A DNA stretch of 64,000 nt from contig DBTA01000037.1 of assembly GCA_002306815.1 (NCBI GenBank), forward strand, positions 92,236 to 156,235, read 5' to 3'. Origin of the DNA: Dehalococcoidia bacterium UBA1328 (GTDB lineage: Bacteria > Chloroflexota > Dehalococcoidia > Lucifugimonadales > Lucifugimonadaceae). Of this stretch, positions 10,058-21,940 are shown in pieces (positions within the stretch are counted from its first letter, which is position 1; each line of letters opens with the position of its first letter). The notes under the pieces are model-generated. The model did no database searches. It worked only from the letters and a program-made list of their open reading frames with translations, and had not been told where the DNA came from. Both the position numbers and the translations under genes were made by a program.

Positions 10058-12157
10058 TTATTCGCGTAAGGTCACGGTGTATTCAGTGGGAAGAGTGGAT
10101 GCGCGTGTGACGGCACTAATAACGACCACTACTAGGTCGTCGTCTCCAACGTTCTCGATTGTGAATTCGCCTTTTCCTGTGATGTCGATCGGCATTTGGT
10201 AAACGACTGGTTCGCCTACATCCTTTTCGTGGATCAGTTGCATCAAATACTGAGTCGGTATCGTTCCGCGCACTCGAACGAAACCTTCTGCAACCCAGCC
10301 ACCGTCATTCGAGGTGTTATCTGACCAGCCGATCTCTTCGATTTCGAAATCGTCGAAACACGGACCTTTCGAGAATACTGCGTCGTCGGTGATGTACTCG
10401 AATCGAAGCAGAATTTCGTTACCGGCGTATGCGGACAGGTCTACCGAATCCTGAACCCAGCCGAGACTTGTGCCGGTGAGGCCAGGACCGTAGGCGTTGC
10501 CGTTTGGATTGAAGTTCAAGCCTCGACGAGATTCGAGAATGTCCCATGTGCTGCCGTTGTTGATAGACGCCATAACGTAAGCGTAGTCCCAGGATTCTTC
10601 AATTTCGTAGTCAACCCAGAACTTCAACGTTGCAGACTCGACAGAACGAAGGTCGACTGATCGGGTGAGGGTCGAATCGATTGAATCACCCTGATTGGCC
10701 CACCAACACGTATCGCCCGAATGCGGAGGATTATTGAGTAGCGCTGTCTCAGACTCTCCCTAGAACGAGACTGCCATCCTGCCGGATCCAGTAGATGTCA
10801 CCAGATATTCCGCGCCATAAGATCGTACGTTGCTCGTTCGGGAGTCGGGGGCACGACGATAGAGGTTCTTTACGGGTGGGACATCATGACCATCGTATCT
10901 ATAGGGTCCCTCGTCGGTGCTCAGGTAATTTGCCACCAGCCAATCGGCGTAAACGTCGTTTGCGGTTTCGGCAAAACCCATGCTTGCTAAAGATGCGTCG
11001 ACAGAGGCAATGCCATCTTTCTGTTCTCGAGCAATCGTCGTCAGGATTTCGTTGCCTCGATAGTGCGTCGCTAGAAATGCGAAAAACAAGTTCACCGCTC
11101 CATAGTTCGCCGTCGAGATCGAAATATCCTGAGCCCATGCAGTAAGAGAAGTTGCCGGGGCAAGGACGAATGCCGACGTTGCGGAGCGAGCGAATCCGGC
11201 GAGTTCGGCCGCTACCTCCGATAAACCTTCGTTGACCCAGGAGTCCTCACTCGGGTCGGTAGCAAAGTGAGTGGCATGCTGCAATTAATGTGCAATGACA
11301 CTCAAATACTCCCTGCTCGTCAGATCGATTCGGTCTGCGGACATGTACAGCGCTTCTCGCTGGTTGGAGTGCACTCGGATTTCGCTTGAATACGAGTCTG
11401 CCGCAGAGAAGTACCCAGCGACTCCGGTTCGTAGCACTGCGGTGTAAATAACGATTCGATCATCGCCGTCGATGCCCGGGCTGATAGGTCGACCGAATAT
11501 GTCTGTAATTACTGGCCAAATATCTGTTTCGAATTGATCAGCAACAGATGCGATATCGTCTGGATCCGGCTGGAATCCGAGTTCGAATATCCAATAAGCG
11601 TTCTCTGAGATGTGTGAAACCTCACCGTTTACGATCACACTGCCGTTATCGCGTGAAACCCAGAAATCGACCTTTTCGCCGACAGTTAGCGGCGGTGCGG
11701 TAACGAGCGATTCAGGCTCGAGATAGCCCTTTACGAGGCGTCGCCCTAGGTCCTGTAGGTCTCGGTCAGGCGGGTCAGGTATGAACGGTTCAGCTGGTGC
11801 ACCCATGAACGGTGTCGGTTCTGGTGTCATCCACGGGATCGATGTTTCTGTCGGAGGAATAGGAGTGCTGGTGGGAGTGGGCGTGCCGACTTGAGGTGCA
11901 GGGTTCGGTGCAACCGCCAATGTGGGTTCAGTAACAGGCATGGAGGCAGGCGTTGGATTCAGGTTGATATTCGCTGTATCTAGACTAGATGTGGATTCAA
12001 TCGTAGGAGTTGGAGGTATCGTTGTTGCTGTTTCAACAACAGGTGTCGTTGGTGTTGGTGATGGCGTGTCGCCATTTTCCCTGTCACAAGCGATTAGTAC
12101 TAACGCCAAGGCTACGAACGCGAAAAGAACCAAATTATTGAATCTTGAATTGCTCAA
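10058..12157 (-). pseudogene. Immune inhibitor A (peptidase M6/M30-like) zinc metalloprotease lipoprotein with two in-frame stops
   Basis: ORFs 11285..12157, 10760..11284 and 10058..10627 share one frame. Read-through gives lipobox LIAC, a Pro/Thr linker, GYFS..D, IAH*LQH (HExxH with Glu replaced by TAA at 11285), W.NEGLSE, VSF*GES (TAG at 10760), IE..WDY.YV and LRFEYITD. Confidence 0.88.
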
Positions 12158-12215
12158 TTGATTTGGTGCGATGAGTGACTGCTCATCGCTAATTGCATTA
12201 CTTCTACCGGAAGGT

Positions 12216-12857
12216 TTAGCTGCCGTCGCCGTTCGTGTTGTGCCTGTTCATTGCGTTATCGATGTCGCCTGCAACGATCATTGCCACTGCGTCGGCAGAT
12301 CGATTTGCCGCCGAGCGAACGAGTTCTCGACTCTCCGGATCGAAAGTGCCTAGGACATGTTCGACCTGTTGTGCGCCTGATTCAGGATTCCCAACACCAA
12401 TCCTCACACGTGGAAATTCGTTTGTACTTAGGGCGGTAATGATCGATTTGAGTCCGTTGTGACCGCCGGGACTGCCCTTTTTTCGTATACGAACGGCCCC
12501 CGGTTTGAGGTTTATGTCATCGGTGACGACGAGGATTTTTTCTGCTGGGGTTTTGTATCGATTGGTGAGATAGCTCAATACCAACCCCGAGCGGTTCATG
12601 AGTGTTCGGGGGTAAGCAAGAACTGCAGCGGTCCCTTCAATTTCAACCTCGGCGTATCTGATTTCTTTTCGTTTACGATTTAGTTCAGCGCTGGTGCGAG
12701 ACACGAGTTCGTCCAGACACCACCATCCGACGTTGTGACGGGTGTTTTTGTACTCCGCTCCCGGATTTCCTAATCCAAGAACTATCCAGGGTGGTCCTTC
12801 CGAACCCCTTCCGCTGCCATCAGGGAACAGCTTGTTCAGGATTGAGGTGACATCCAA
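12216..12857 (-). CDS. pth: Peptidyl-tRNA hydrolase
   Basis: LGLGNPG.EY..TRHNVG, MN.SG, GGHNGLKSI and RVRIGVG. Confidence 0.97.
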   Translation of the reverse strand: MDVTSILNKLFPDGSGRGSEGPPWIVLGLGNPGAEYKNTRHNVGWWCLDELVSRTSAELNRKRKEIRYAEVEIEGTAAVLAYPRTLMNRSGLVLSYLTNRYKTPAEKILVVTDDINLKPGAVRIRKKGSPGGHNGLKSIITALSTNEFPRVRIGVGNPESGAQQVEHVLGTFDPESRELVRSAANRSADAVAMIVAGDIDNAMNRHNTNGDGS

Positions 12858-13051
12858 TCGTCTACGCTTCCGCTATCAGGTCTTCCAAACAAATCATTTA
12901 GAAAGGATATGACCTTATCGTCAAGAACGTTCGCTACACCAGACAAATCTCCCGCTGAATTGAGCTGGAATAACCGCAACATCTGGTCGGGTACCCTAGA
13001 TTCGAATACAAGGCGTGAGACGACTGTGGCAAGCCGATCTTCCCCAGCCAA
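12836..13051 (-). CDS. Small hypothetical protein (possibly N-terminally truncated by TAA at 13055)
   Basis: Fills the ligA-pth gap co-directionally. The frame extends upstream through one TAA to a TTG overlapping the ligA stop. No recognisable motif. Confidence 0.35.
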   Translation of the reverse strand: MAGEDRLATVVSRLVFESRVPDQMLRLFQLNSAGDLSGVANVLDDKVISFLNDLFGRPDSGSVDDWMSPQS

Positions 13052-13092
13052 TAATTACGCAGGGAAGTCTGATTTACTTTGCGAAGCCTGGA

Positions 13093-15315
<2,223 letters not shown>

Positions 15316-15375
15316 CTATACTCGTTCGTCTGATTTCATACATCTCGAGACTTAGTTCAATCCTCGAATAGATTC

Positions 15376-16677
15376 ATGGCAGAAATTCAGCCCTTCAGGG
15401 CGGTGCGCTACAACCCGGAATTCGCAGGCGACGTGAGTCTTAACGTTTGCCCGCCCTTCGACGTGATCACTCCTGAACTTCAACAGGAGCTGTATGCCCG
15501 CTCGAAGTTCAACATTGTTCGGCTCGAACTGGCGCGTCGCGGTCTTTCCGAAGATCCATATGAGAAAGCTGCCGAAACCGCAGAGAATTGGACTGAATCC
15601 GGCGTTCTAAAACACGAAGAAGCTCCTTCGATTTACGTCACAGAAGAGGAGTTTGAGTACCAAGGTGAAACGCTGTTTCGTCGTGGATTCGTTGCAGCTG
15701 TTCGTTTAGAAGATTACTACCAAAAGGTAGTTCTGCCTCACGAAGGTACTCGAACGGAATGGGTTGCCGACCGCGTGAACCTAATGCGATCGGCACAGTC
15801 GAACTACAGTCCGCTGCTGTCGATCTTCCGCGATGATTTACGTTCAAGTGTGGGCAACTTACTGCGAGCCATAGCAGGTGGTGAACCTACGATGGTGTTC
15901 ACTCCGCCTGATATGCCACAACTTCGAATCTGGCGCGTTTCTGATCCAGGGACGATTAGCGTTCTTCAGGAAGTGTTGAAGTATTCCGAAATATTCATTG
16001 CCGACGGGCACCATCGCTATGAGGCAGCGCTTCGTTATCGAGGAAGTGTCCGGGCCGAGCGTGAAGTGGAGCACGACGAGTCGATCAACTACCGGATTAT
16101 GCTGATGGTGTCGTTTGACGAACCGGGATTGATCACCCGTGGGTACCACCGTCTCGTTGAATCGGTGACCGACGAAGAGTTCGAGGCAATTCGAAAATCA
16201 ATCGATTCGACATGCGATCTAGAAGAGTGGGCTCCCGTTCACAGTGCAGATAAATCTCTGCGAGAACAGATTGAGGAGTTCTCACAGTCGCTTGGAGAAC
16301 GGGCGGGTGACGAAGTGGTTTTTGGACTGCTGGGTAAAGAGCCTTGCAAGTTCCACGTCGCTCGAATGAAAAATCCACCTACGGCTGAGAACGCTCTCGA
16401 AGCTTCAGAGTATTCATATTTGCACAGTCACGTAATTCGACCTGCGATACCCGAAGAGCGGGAAGAAGACGTGGTAAGTCCTCACCATGACGCAGGCTTG
16501 ATTGCTCGTCAGTTCGAAGGTGGCGAAGCGAGAATGGCGTTCATTATGCGTCCCGTACCGCTGGACGAGTTCGTTTCAATCGTGACTCGTGGCTGGCGAC
16601 TGCCTCCGAAGGCGACAAACTTCTACCCAAAACCGCCTGCTGGCGCCGTAATTCAGAAGTTTGGTCCCACGCTTTAG
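15376..16677 (+). CDS. DUF1015 family protein
   Basis: IQPFRAVRY, PPFDVI, VLPHE.T, IADGHHRYE and LPPKAT.FYPKP. Confidence 0.88.
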   Translation: MAEIQPFRAVRYNPEFAGDVSLNVCPPFDVITPELQQELYARSKFNIVRLELARRGLSEDPYEKAAETAENWTESGVLKHEEAPSIYVTEEEFEYQGETLFRRGFVAAVRLEDYYQKVVLPHEGTRTEWVADRVNLMRSAQSNYSPLLSIFRDDLRSSVGNLLRAIAGGEPTMVFTPPDMPQLRIWRVSDPGTISVLQEVLKYSEIFIADGHHRYEAALRYRGSVRAEREVEHDESINYRIMLMVSFDEPGLITRGYHRLVESVTDEEFEAIRKSIDSTCDLEEWAPVHSADKSLREQIEEFSQSLGERAGDEVVFGLLGKEPCKFHVARMKNPPTAENALEASEYSYLHSHVIRPAIPEEREEDVVSPHHDAGLIARQFEGGEARMAFIMRPVPLDEFVSIVTRGWRLPPKATNFYPKPPAGAVIQKFGPTL

Positions 16678-17285
16678 GCGGTACCCGAACTCAATGACTC
16701 TTCGATAGCGTTCAGTACTTCTTCGATAGAAGGTAGGTTTTTTGTTTCTGTTGAAACTAGCCGTGCGATAAGCGTACCAAATGAATCGAACACGAAACTG
16801 GCGGGGCTTGTTCTATCTTCTCCAGTAGCATCGAACACGCCCCATTCAGTGGCGATCACCTGGAGTGGATCGGCAATCAACGGGTAGCTGAGTTCCAACT
16901 CATCTCGCAAGTCGGCAACTGGTGATGGCCAGTCGGAAATAACTACCACTAATTCAGCTCCAAGTTTTTCAAAAACCTCAATTTTGGTTTCGATTTCCTG
17001 GAGCTGATCGCGATCTGCAGAGTCAGTGGTTGTCGGGATGAAGACTAGATAAACAGGGAATGAGCCGAGCAGGTTTTCGAGCTTGATCGTTTCGCCATCG
17101 ATACTCGAAACGGAGAAGACTGGAACTACAGGCGTTTCCACTGCGGCCGGTGTTTCGCTGATGATTGCGCCTGTTGGCTGCTTGATTTCAGGTTCCGCTG
17201 GTGCCGTTTTTTGAACTTAGGATGATCCACTGCATCCTGCGACGGAGACAAATAACAGCAACGCGGCAATCGCCCTCGCTGGCAT
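16674..17285 (-). pseudogene. AhpC/TSA (peroxiredoxin-fold) lipoprotein lacking catalytic Cys; signal peptide cut off by in-frame TAA
   Basis: ORF 16674..17141 (F.V.SIDGETIKL, VVVISD, YPLIADP, PASFVFD) extends in frame to ATG 17285: MPARAIAALLLFVSVAGCSGSS*VQK, with TAA at 17217-17219. Confidence 0.7.
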
Positions 17286-17327
17286 CGTCCGTCCATTGGT
17301 GAAAGCGATCAACAAAGTCCCGCTAAG

Positions 17328-17969
17328 CTAAGACGAGCCAAGCATCTCAACCTGTTTGATGATTTCTCCTGCAGCCACCTGATGAGTGTAGTTCAGCCCG
17401 ATGTCTTTCCAGGCAATTTCGCCATTCGTATCGACGAGGAATACCGATGCCGAAGCGAGTCCGTCCCCAAACAGGTTGAACACTTCGTAGTTCTCAGGAA
17501 CCGACGTGTCCTGTGAGGTGTACAAAACCGGGAACTGGTATGCCTGGGAGACGTGAAGCCCTGCCGGACCATCGAGATTGTCCGTGCTGATCGCAAGGAT
17601 CTGGACGCCTGAATTGTTGAGCGAATCAAGGTTTCGTTGCAACTCGCCGAGTTGCCTGCGACAGAACGTTCACAAGTATGCGCGGTAGAACACTACTGCG
17701 ACTGGCTTATCGCCACGGAAGCTGGAGAGGTTGTAGTTGACTCCCTGAACCGATGGCAGGGTGAAATCTGGCGCAAGGTTTGCGAGAGGGGCTGGTGTGC
17801 TCACGAGCGGTCGTTCAGTCGGCGCTGGAGCAGCGGCGTTAGATTCACTCGTTGGTGCTGATGAAATGTCCGCCTCACCACAGGCGACCAGGGTTCCCGC
17901 GACAACAAGCAGACCCGCGAGAACGGGCAACACGCACCTTGAGCGTTTGATGGTCGCTGACATGTTCAT
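17328..17969 (-). CDS. Selenocysteine-containing AhpC/TSA (peroxiredoxin-like) lipoprotein, UxxC motif
   Basis: ORFs 17670..17969 and 17328..17642 are in one frame, joined by TGA at 17670-17672: APDFTLP..VVFYRAYL-U-TFC-RRQLGELQ..ILAISTD..FPVL..SVFLVD..G. Lipobox LVAC. Downstream SECIS-like hairpin. Confidence 0.8.
17635..17669 (-). promoter_or_regulatory. Bacterial SECIS-like element
   Basis: Immediately 3' of the UGA: A-CGUU-CUGUCGCAG-GCAACUC-GGC-GAGUUGC-AACG. It forms a perfect 7-bp apical stem whose G-initiated loop begins 21 nt after the UGA, with a lower stem CGUU/AACG. Confidence 0.65.
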
Positions 17970-18096
17970 GGAATCTTGTATGTGTTGTTTAGCCAGTTGA
18001 GAATCGGGTTATCTAGAAAGGCGCAGTCGATTGCGGCTGCGCCTAACCATGTTGACACGAACAGTAATAACGAGTCGGAGTCTTCTCACGAGTGGT

Positions 18097-19197
18097 TTAC
18101 GAACTCATTGCCGTCAAGGTTTCCTCTGCGGCCTTCAAGGCTTCGTCAATGTGAGCCTTCTCAACCCAACCCATGTGACCAACGCGGAAGATCTTGCCGG
18201 TGAGAGATTTCTGTCCGCCACCGAGAACCACATTGTAGTTTTTGATCACGTTGGAAAGGAATGCCTTTCCATCAACATCTTCGGGAAGCTTGATGGCGGT
18301 AACTGTATTAGAGGCAAATTTTGGGTCAGGTAGTAATTCGAGACCAAGCGCACTGGCACCGTCACGTGTGTGCTGTGCAATTTCGTGATGTCGAGCGAAA
18401 ACGTTCTCAATTCCCTCATCGACCATCGACTGCAAAGCGACATCAAGTGTGAACATTGCCGGCAGGCACGGTGTGAAAGGGGGCTGACCTATATGAAGGT
18501 AGTCTTCGTACTGCTTAACGTCGAGGTAGTACTTCGGCGATGTCGACGTATCGTAAGCTTCCCATGCCATTTTCGAGAAGGTGACCATTGAAATTCCTGG
18601 AGGTGAAATCCAGCTTTTCTGGGATGCTGTCGCAACGACGTCTATGCCCCATGCGTCGACGGCAATCGGTACTCCGCCGGCACTCGAAACGGCGTCGACC
18701 AAAATCAGTGCATCCGATTCTTCGTGAATGACCTGACAGAGCTCTTCAAGCGGGTTGGAGACACCTGTGGAGCTTTCGTTGTGCGTGAAGATGACAGCCT
18801 TCACATCGCTCATGTTTCGAAGAGTCTCTCGGACCTTGTCGAGGTCGGCTGCTTGTCCAAGGTCGAAGTTGAGCGTGGTGACGTCTCCGCCGTATGCCTC
18901 GGCGATCTCTGCGAATCTCTCGCCGAAAACTCCAATGATGATCGACAAAATTTTGTCACCGGGAGAAATCGTGTTGACGATTGCGGTTTCCATCGCGCCT
19001 GTGCCAGACGACGTAATGAAGTATGCGTCGTTCTTAGTCATGAATACCGTCTTCAGGTTTGCTGACATTCGTTCGAGCATGTCGGCGTATTCAGGTCCAC
19101 GGTGGTTGATCATTTGCGATCCGGCGAGTTCGAGAACATCGTCGGGTAGCGGGACTGGACCTGGAATTCGAAGATTTGGCTGGTTCTGACTAGTCAC
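18097..19197 (-). CDS. Class V PLP aminotransferase (alanine-glyoxylate/serine-pyruvate/SerC-like)
   Basis: LRIPGPVP, HRGPE, SGTGAME, HNESSTGV, VDAVSS, ASQK (PLP Lys) and FRVGHMG. Confidence 0.92.
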   Translation of the reverse strand: MTSQNQPNLRIPGPVPLPDDVLELAGSQMINHRGPEYADMLERMSANLKTVFMTKNDAYFITSSGTGAMETAIVNTISPGDKILSIIIGVFGERFAEIAEAYGGDVTTLNFDLGQAADLDKVRETLRNMSDVKAVIFTHNESSTGVSNPLEELCQVIHEESDALILVDAVSSAGGVPIAVDAWGIDVVATASQKSWISPPGISMVTFSKMAWEAYDTSTSPKYYLDVKQYEDYLHIGQPPFTPCLPAMFTLDVALQSMVDEGIENVFARHHEIAQHTRDGASALGLELLPDPKFASNTVTAIKLPEDVDGKAFLSNVIKNYNVVLGGGQKSLTGKIFRVGHMGWVEKAHIDEALKAAEETLTAMSS

Positions 19198-19370
19198 CTG
19201 ATTGCTCGTTTTCTAAGGGATATGGGTTCGAGGGTTCGTTCAATGATGTGGTTTCGCAGCAATTTCTGCGAAAGACCAAGAAGAATTCTAACTCTCAGTA
19301 AACGGAACTGGCTGAGATTTTGTTGAGGATGATGCCTTAAAAGTGATCCGCACAGAGGAGAGAGCAGGCC

Positions 19371-19514
19371 CGAAAGCGAAGTGGAGAGATCTTGGTTGCT
19401 TACCCGCCAGAAGTGATCACGTCGAAACGGTCTTGCTGTGACCGTCGGACTGCGAATCGGATCGCGAAGAAGTGGATGTCTGAGATTCCTCCACTCCGCT
19501 TTCGCTTCGGTCGG
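19371..19514. repeat. Inverted pair of REP-like elements (REPIN/MITE-like)
   Basis: CGAAAGCGAAGTGGAGAGATCT (19371-19392) versus AGATTCCTCCACTCCGCTTTCG (19483-19504; reverse complement CGAAAGCGGAGTGGAGGAATCT), with a 90-bp spacer. Confidence 0.6.
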
Positions 19515-19579
19515 TATGAGGGATACGAGTGAGATTTTCCTGATGGATTTTTCGAAGTGAGAAGTTGTTACTTCCGTCG

Positions 19580-20893
19580 TTACTCAGTCAGTTTTACGAG
19601 CGAGTAGTTTTTGCGACCGCGACGGATTACTAGTAGGCGGCCTTCTAAGAGGTCGTCTACTCCAACGGTTCGCCCTGCATCGGTGATTTGCTCACCGTTG
19701 AGGTACATGCCGCCCTGGTCGACAGTTCGGCGAACATCGCCACCCGATTTACCGGCTCCGGCAGAAATCGCCAGCTCGCTGAACCTGATTCCTTCACCGG
19801 AAAGCTGATCGCGATTCACTTCAGTTACCGAAGAACCTTCGAGGACATCTTCCATTTGGTCCGCAGTGAGATCGGAAATGTTACCACCGAAGAAGGCATC
19901 CGTGACTTTCAAAGCTTGATCAAGTCCGCTTTGGCCATGAATCGTCCGTGTTACTTCTTCTGCGAGAGCCTTTTGCGCCGCGCGCTTGTGCGGTTCTTCG
20001 CTTACAGCTTCAGCGAGGCCGCCAATTTGCACCTGGTTCAACAGGGTGAACAACTTTACGTAGGGAATAGCGTCTGCATCAGCAACGTTCAGGAAGAACT
20101 GGTAGAGCTTGTACGGCGAGGTTTGGTTCGGGTCGAGCGTTGGCGCGCCGCCAATTGACTTACCAAACTTTTCACCATTCGAATTGACCACCAGCGGGTA
20201 TGCAATCCCGTGCGCACGGGGTCGACCCTCGGTGCCTGCGCCATGAATACGCCTAATCAGTTCGACTCCGCCAAGAATGTTGCCCCACTGGTCACTTCCG
20301 CCCGCTTGAAAACCAACATTCTTCTGTTCGTAAAGAGTCAGGAAGTCGTATGCCTGTAGTAGCTGGTAGCTGAACTCCGTGAACGAAATTCCACTGTCGC
20401 GAGTGAATCGATCTTTAACCGAGTCTCGGCTCATCATCGTGTTTACGGTGAAATGTTTTCCTACGTCGCGGAGAAACGGGAGCAACTCAGTGGCACGAAG
20501 CCAGTCCGCGTTGTTTACCACCTGTGCCGGGTTGGATTTAGCGTTGAAATCAAGGAACGGTTCGAGCTGAGATTTGATCGCCTCGACGTTGTGGTCGATA
20601 TCGGTAACCGACATAAGAGTTCGCTCATCGGCGCGTCCTGCGGGGTCACCGATCATTCCGGTACCGCCGCCAACAAGGGCGATGGGTGTGTGACCGTATT
20701 GCTGGAGTCGAACCAGTCCCATGATGGCGACGAGGTTACCTATGTGCAGACTGCTCGCCGTTGGATCGAAGCCGTTGTAGCAAGTGATTTTTTCGCTGGC
20801 GAGTGCGTGGGCAGACCCGGGCGTGGCGTCGTAGAGCGCACCGCGCCATTCGAGGTCTTCGGTTACGTTGTTGAATTCTGTGTCGGTAGTCAT
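19580..20893 (-). CDS. tyrS: Tyrosine--tRNA ligase
   Basis: GFDPTA.SLHIGN, EFSYQLLQAYDF, GGSDQWGNI, KFGKS and a C-terminal S4 domain. Confidence 0.98.
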   Translation of the reverse strand: MTTDTEFNNVTEDLEWRGALYDATPGSAHALASEKITCYNGFDPTASSLHIGNLVAIMGLVRLQQYGHTPIALVGGGTGMIGDPAGRADERTLMSVTDIDHNVEAIKSQLEPFLDFNAKSNPAQVVNNADWLRATELLPFLRDVGKHFTVNTMMSRDSVKDRFTRDSGISFTEFSYQLLQAYDFLTLYEQKNVGFQAGGSDQWGNILGGVELIRRIHGAGTEGRPRAHGIAYPLVVNSNGEKFGKSIGGAPTLDPNQTSPYKLYQFFLNVADADAIPYVKLFTLLNQVQIGGLAEAVSEEPHKRAAQKALAEEVTRTIHGQSGLDQALKVTDAFFGGNISDLTADQMEDVLEGSSVTEVNRDQLSGEGIRFSELAISAGAGKSGGDVRRTVDQGGMYLNGEQITDAGRTVGVDDLLEGRLLVIRRGRKNYSLVKLTE

Positions 20894-20951
20894 CGGATTG
20901 TCTTTGTTGCGAATCGGTGGCGACTCAAGCGATTCTGTTACTGGAAGTGAA

Positions 20952-21878
20952 CTAGATGTCTGCTAAAACTTCACGAGTTTGTTCGACGTCTTTGGTCATT
21001 TGTTCGACTAGTTGTTCAACGGATTCGAATGCGACTTCCGCCCTTAGCTGTTTTACGAACTCTAGTCGAAGTCGCTTTGTATACAGATCCCCGTCGAAGT
21101 CTAGAAGGAACGCCTCGATTGTGCGACCGCCGTCTTCTTCGAAGGTTGGGCGAACACCAATGCTGGATGCAGCCTTATGGATCATCCCATCAACTTCGAC
21201 GAGCGTCGCGTATATGCCATTTTCAGGGACGGTGAAGGGGAACTGTGTTTCGATATTTGCTGTTGGAAAGCCGATTTCTCTCCCACGTTTTTCGCCGTCA
21301 GCCACTACACCATTGATGGAGTAATTTCGTCCCAGCATTTTGGATGCAAGTTCGCAGTTTCCACTCACGACGGCAATGCGAATAACGGAGCTAGATACTG
21401 CCTCTCCATCGACGACGATTGAGGGAACACCCAAAAAATCAATATCGGTGTGAACACTGCCAGAGGAGAGTTGTTCAACACCGGCGCGGTCTGCGCCAAT
21501 CATTGCTCCGGGACCAACAACGAGGGATACGAGTCCGATTCGCTCCTTCAGGGCGCTTACGAACTCATCTGAAGATAACTTTTGGATTGAAGAACCAAAT
21601 TCAAGCTCGACGACGTGTTCGATGCCTTTCTCTTCCATGATCGACCGTCGAGATTCGATGTCGCTAAGGTAGGTCACCTGATTGGAGGGTTTTATAAACG
21701 CTCGTGGTTGTTCCCTGAAAACCAGCGCGACCGCTTTCGCACCGCGCTTTTTCGCTTCAGTGCGCGCTCGGTCAATGAGAGCCTGGTGTCCAAGATGAAC
21801 GCCATCGAAGGTGCCAACTGTCGCAACCGTTGGTCCTTCAATGGCGTCTATGGTTTCGAGCAATTCGGAATTCGACAT
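20952..21878 (-). CDS. ribF: Bifunctional riboflavin kinase/FAD synthetase
   Basis: GTFDGVHLGHQ, VSSS.IR, G.KRGR.IGFPTAN, GVRPTF and IEA.LLDFDGDLY. Confidence 0.95.
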   Translation of the reverse strand: MSNSELLETIDAIEGPTVATVGTFDGVHLGHQALIDRARTEAKKRGAKAVALVFREQPRAFIKPSNQVTYLSDIESRRSIMEEKGIEHVVELEFGSSIQKLSSDEFVSALKERIGLVSLVVGPGAMIGADRAGVEQLSSGSVHTDIDFLGVPSIVVDGEAVSSSVIRIAVVSGNCELASKMLGRNYSINGVVADGEKRGREIGFPTANIETQFPFTVPENGIYATLVEVDGMIHKAASSIGVRPTFEEDGGRTIEAFLLDFDGDLYTKRLRLEFVKQLRAEVAFESVEQLVEQMTKDVEQTREVLADI

Positions 21879-21940
21879 GACTGCCGGTCGCAAAGGGTCT
21901 CAGATCCGCGCATGCGAATCGTTACGTCTGATTAGATGAA

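Noticed and set aside
11760-12080. Pro/Thr-rich low-complexity repeats
   Set aside because: This is an ordinary lipoprotein linker, not a DNA repeat array.
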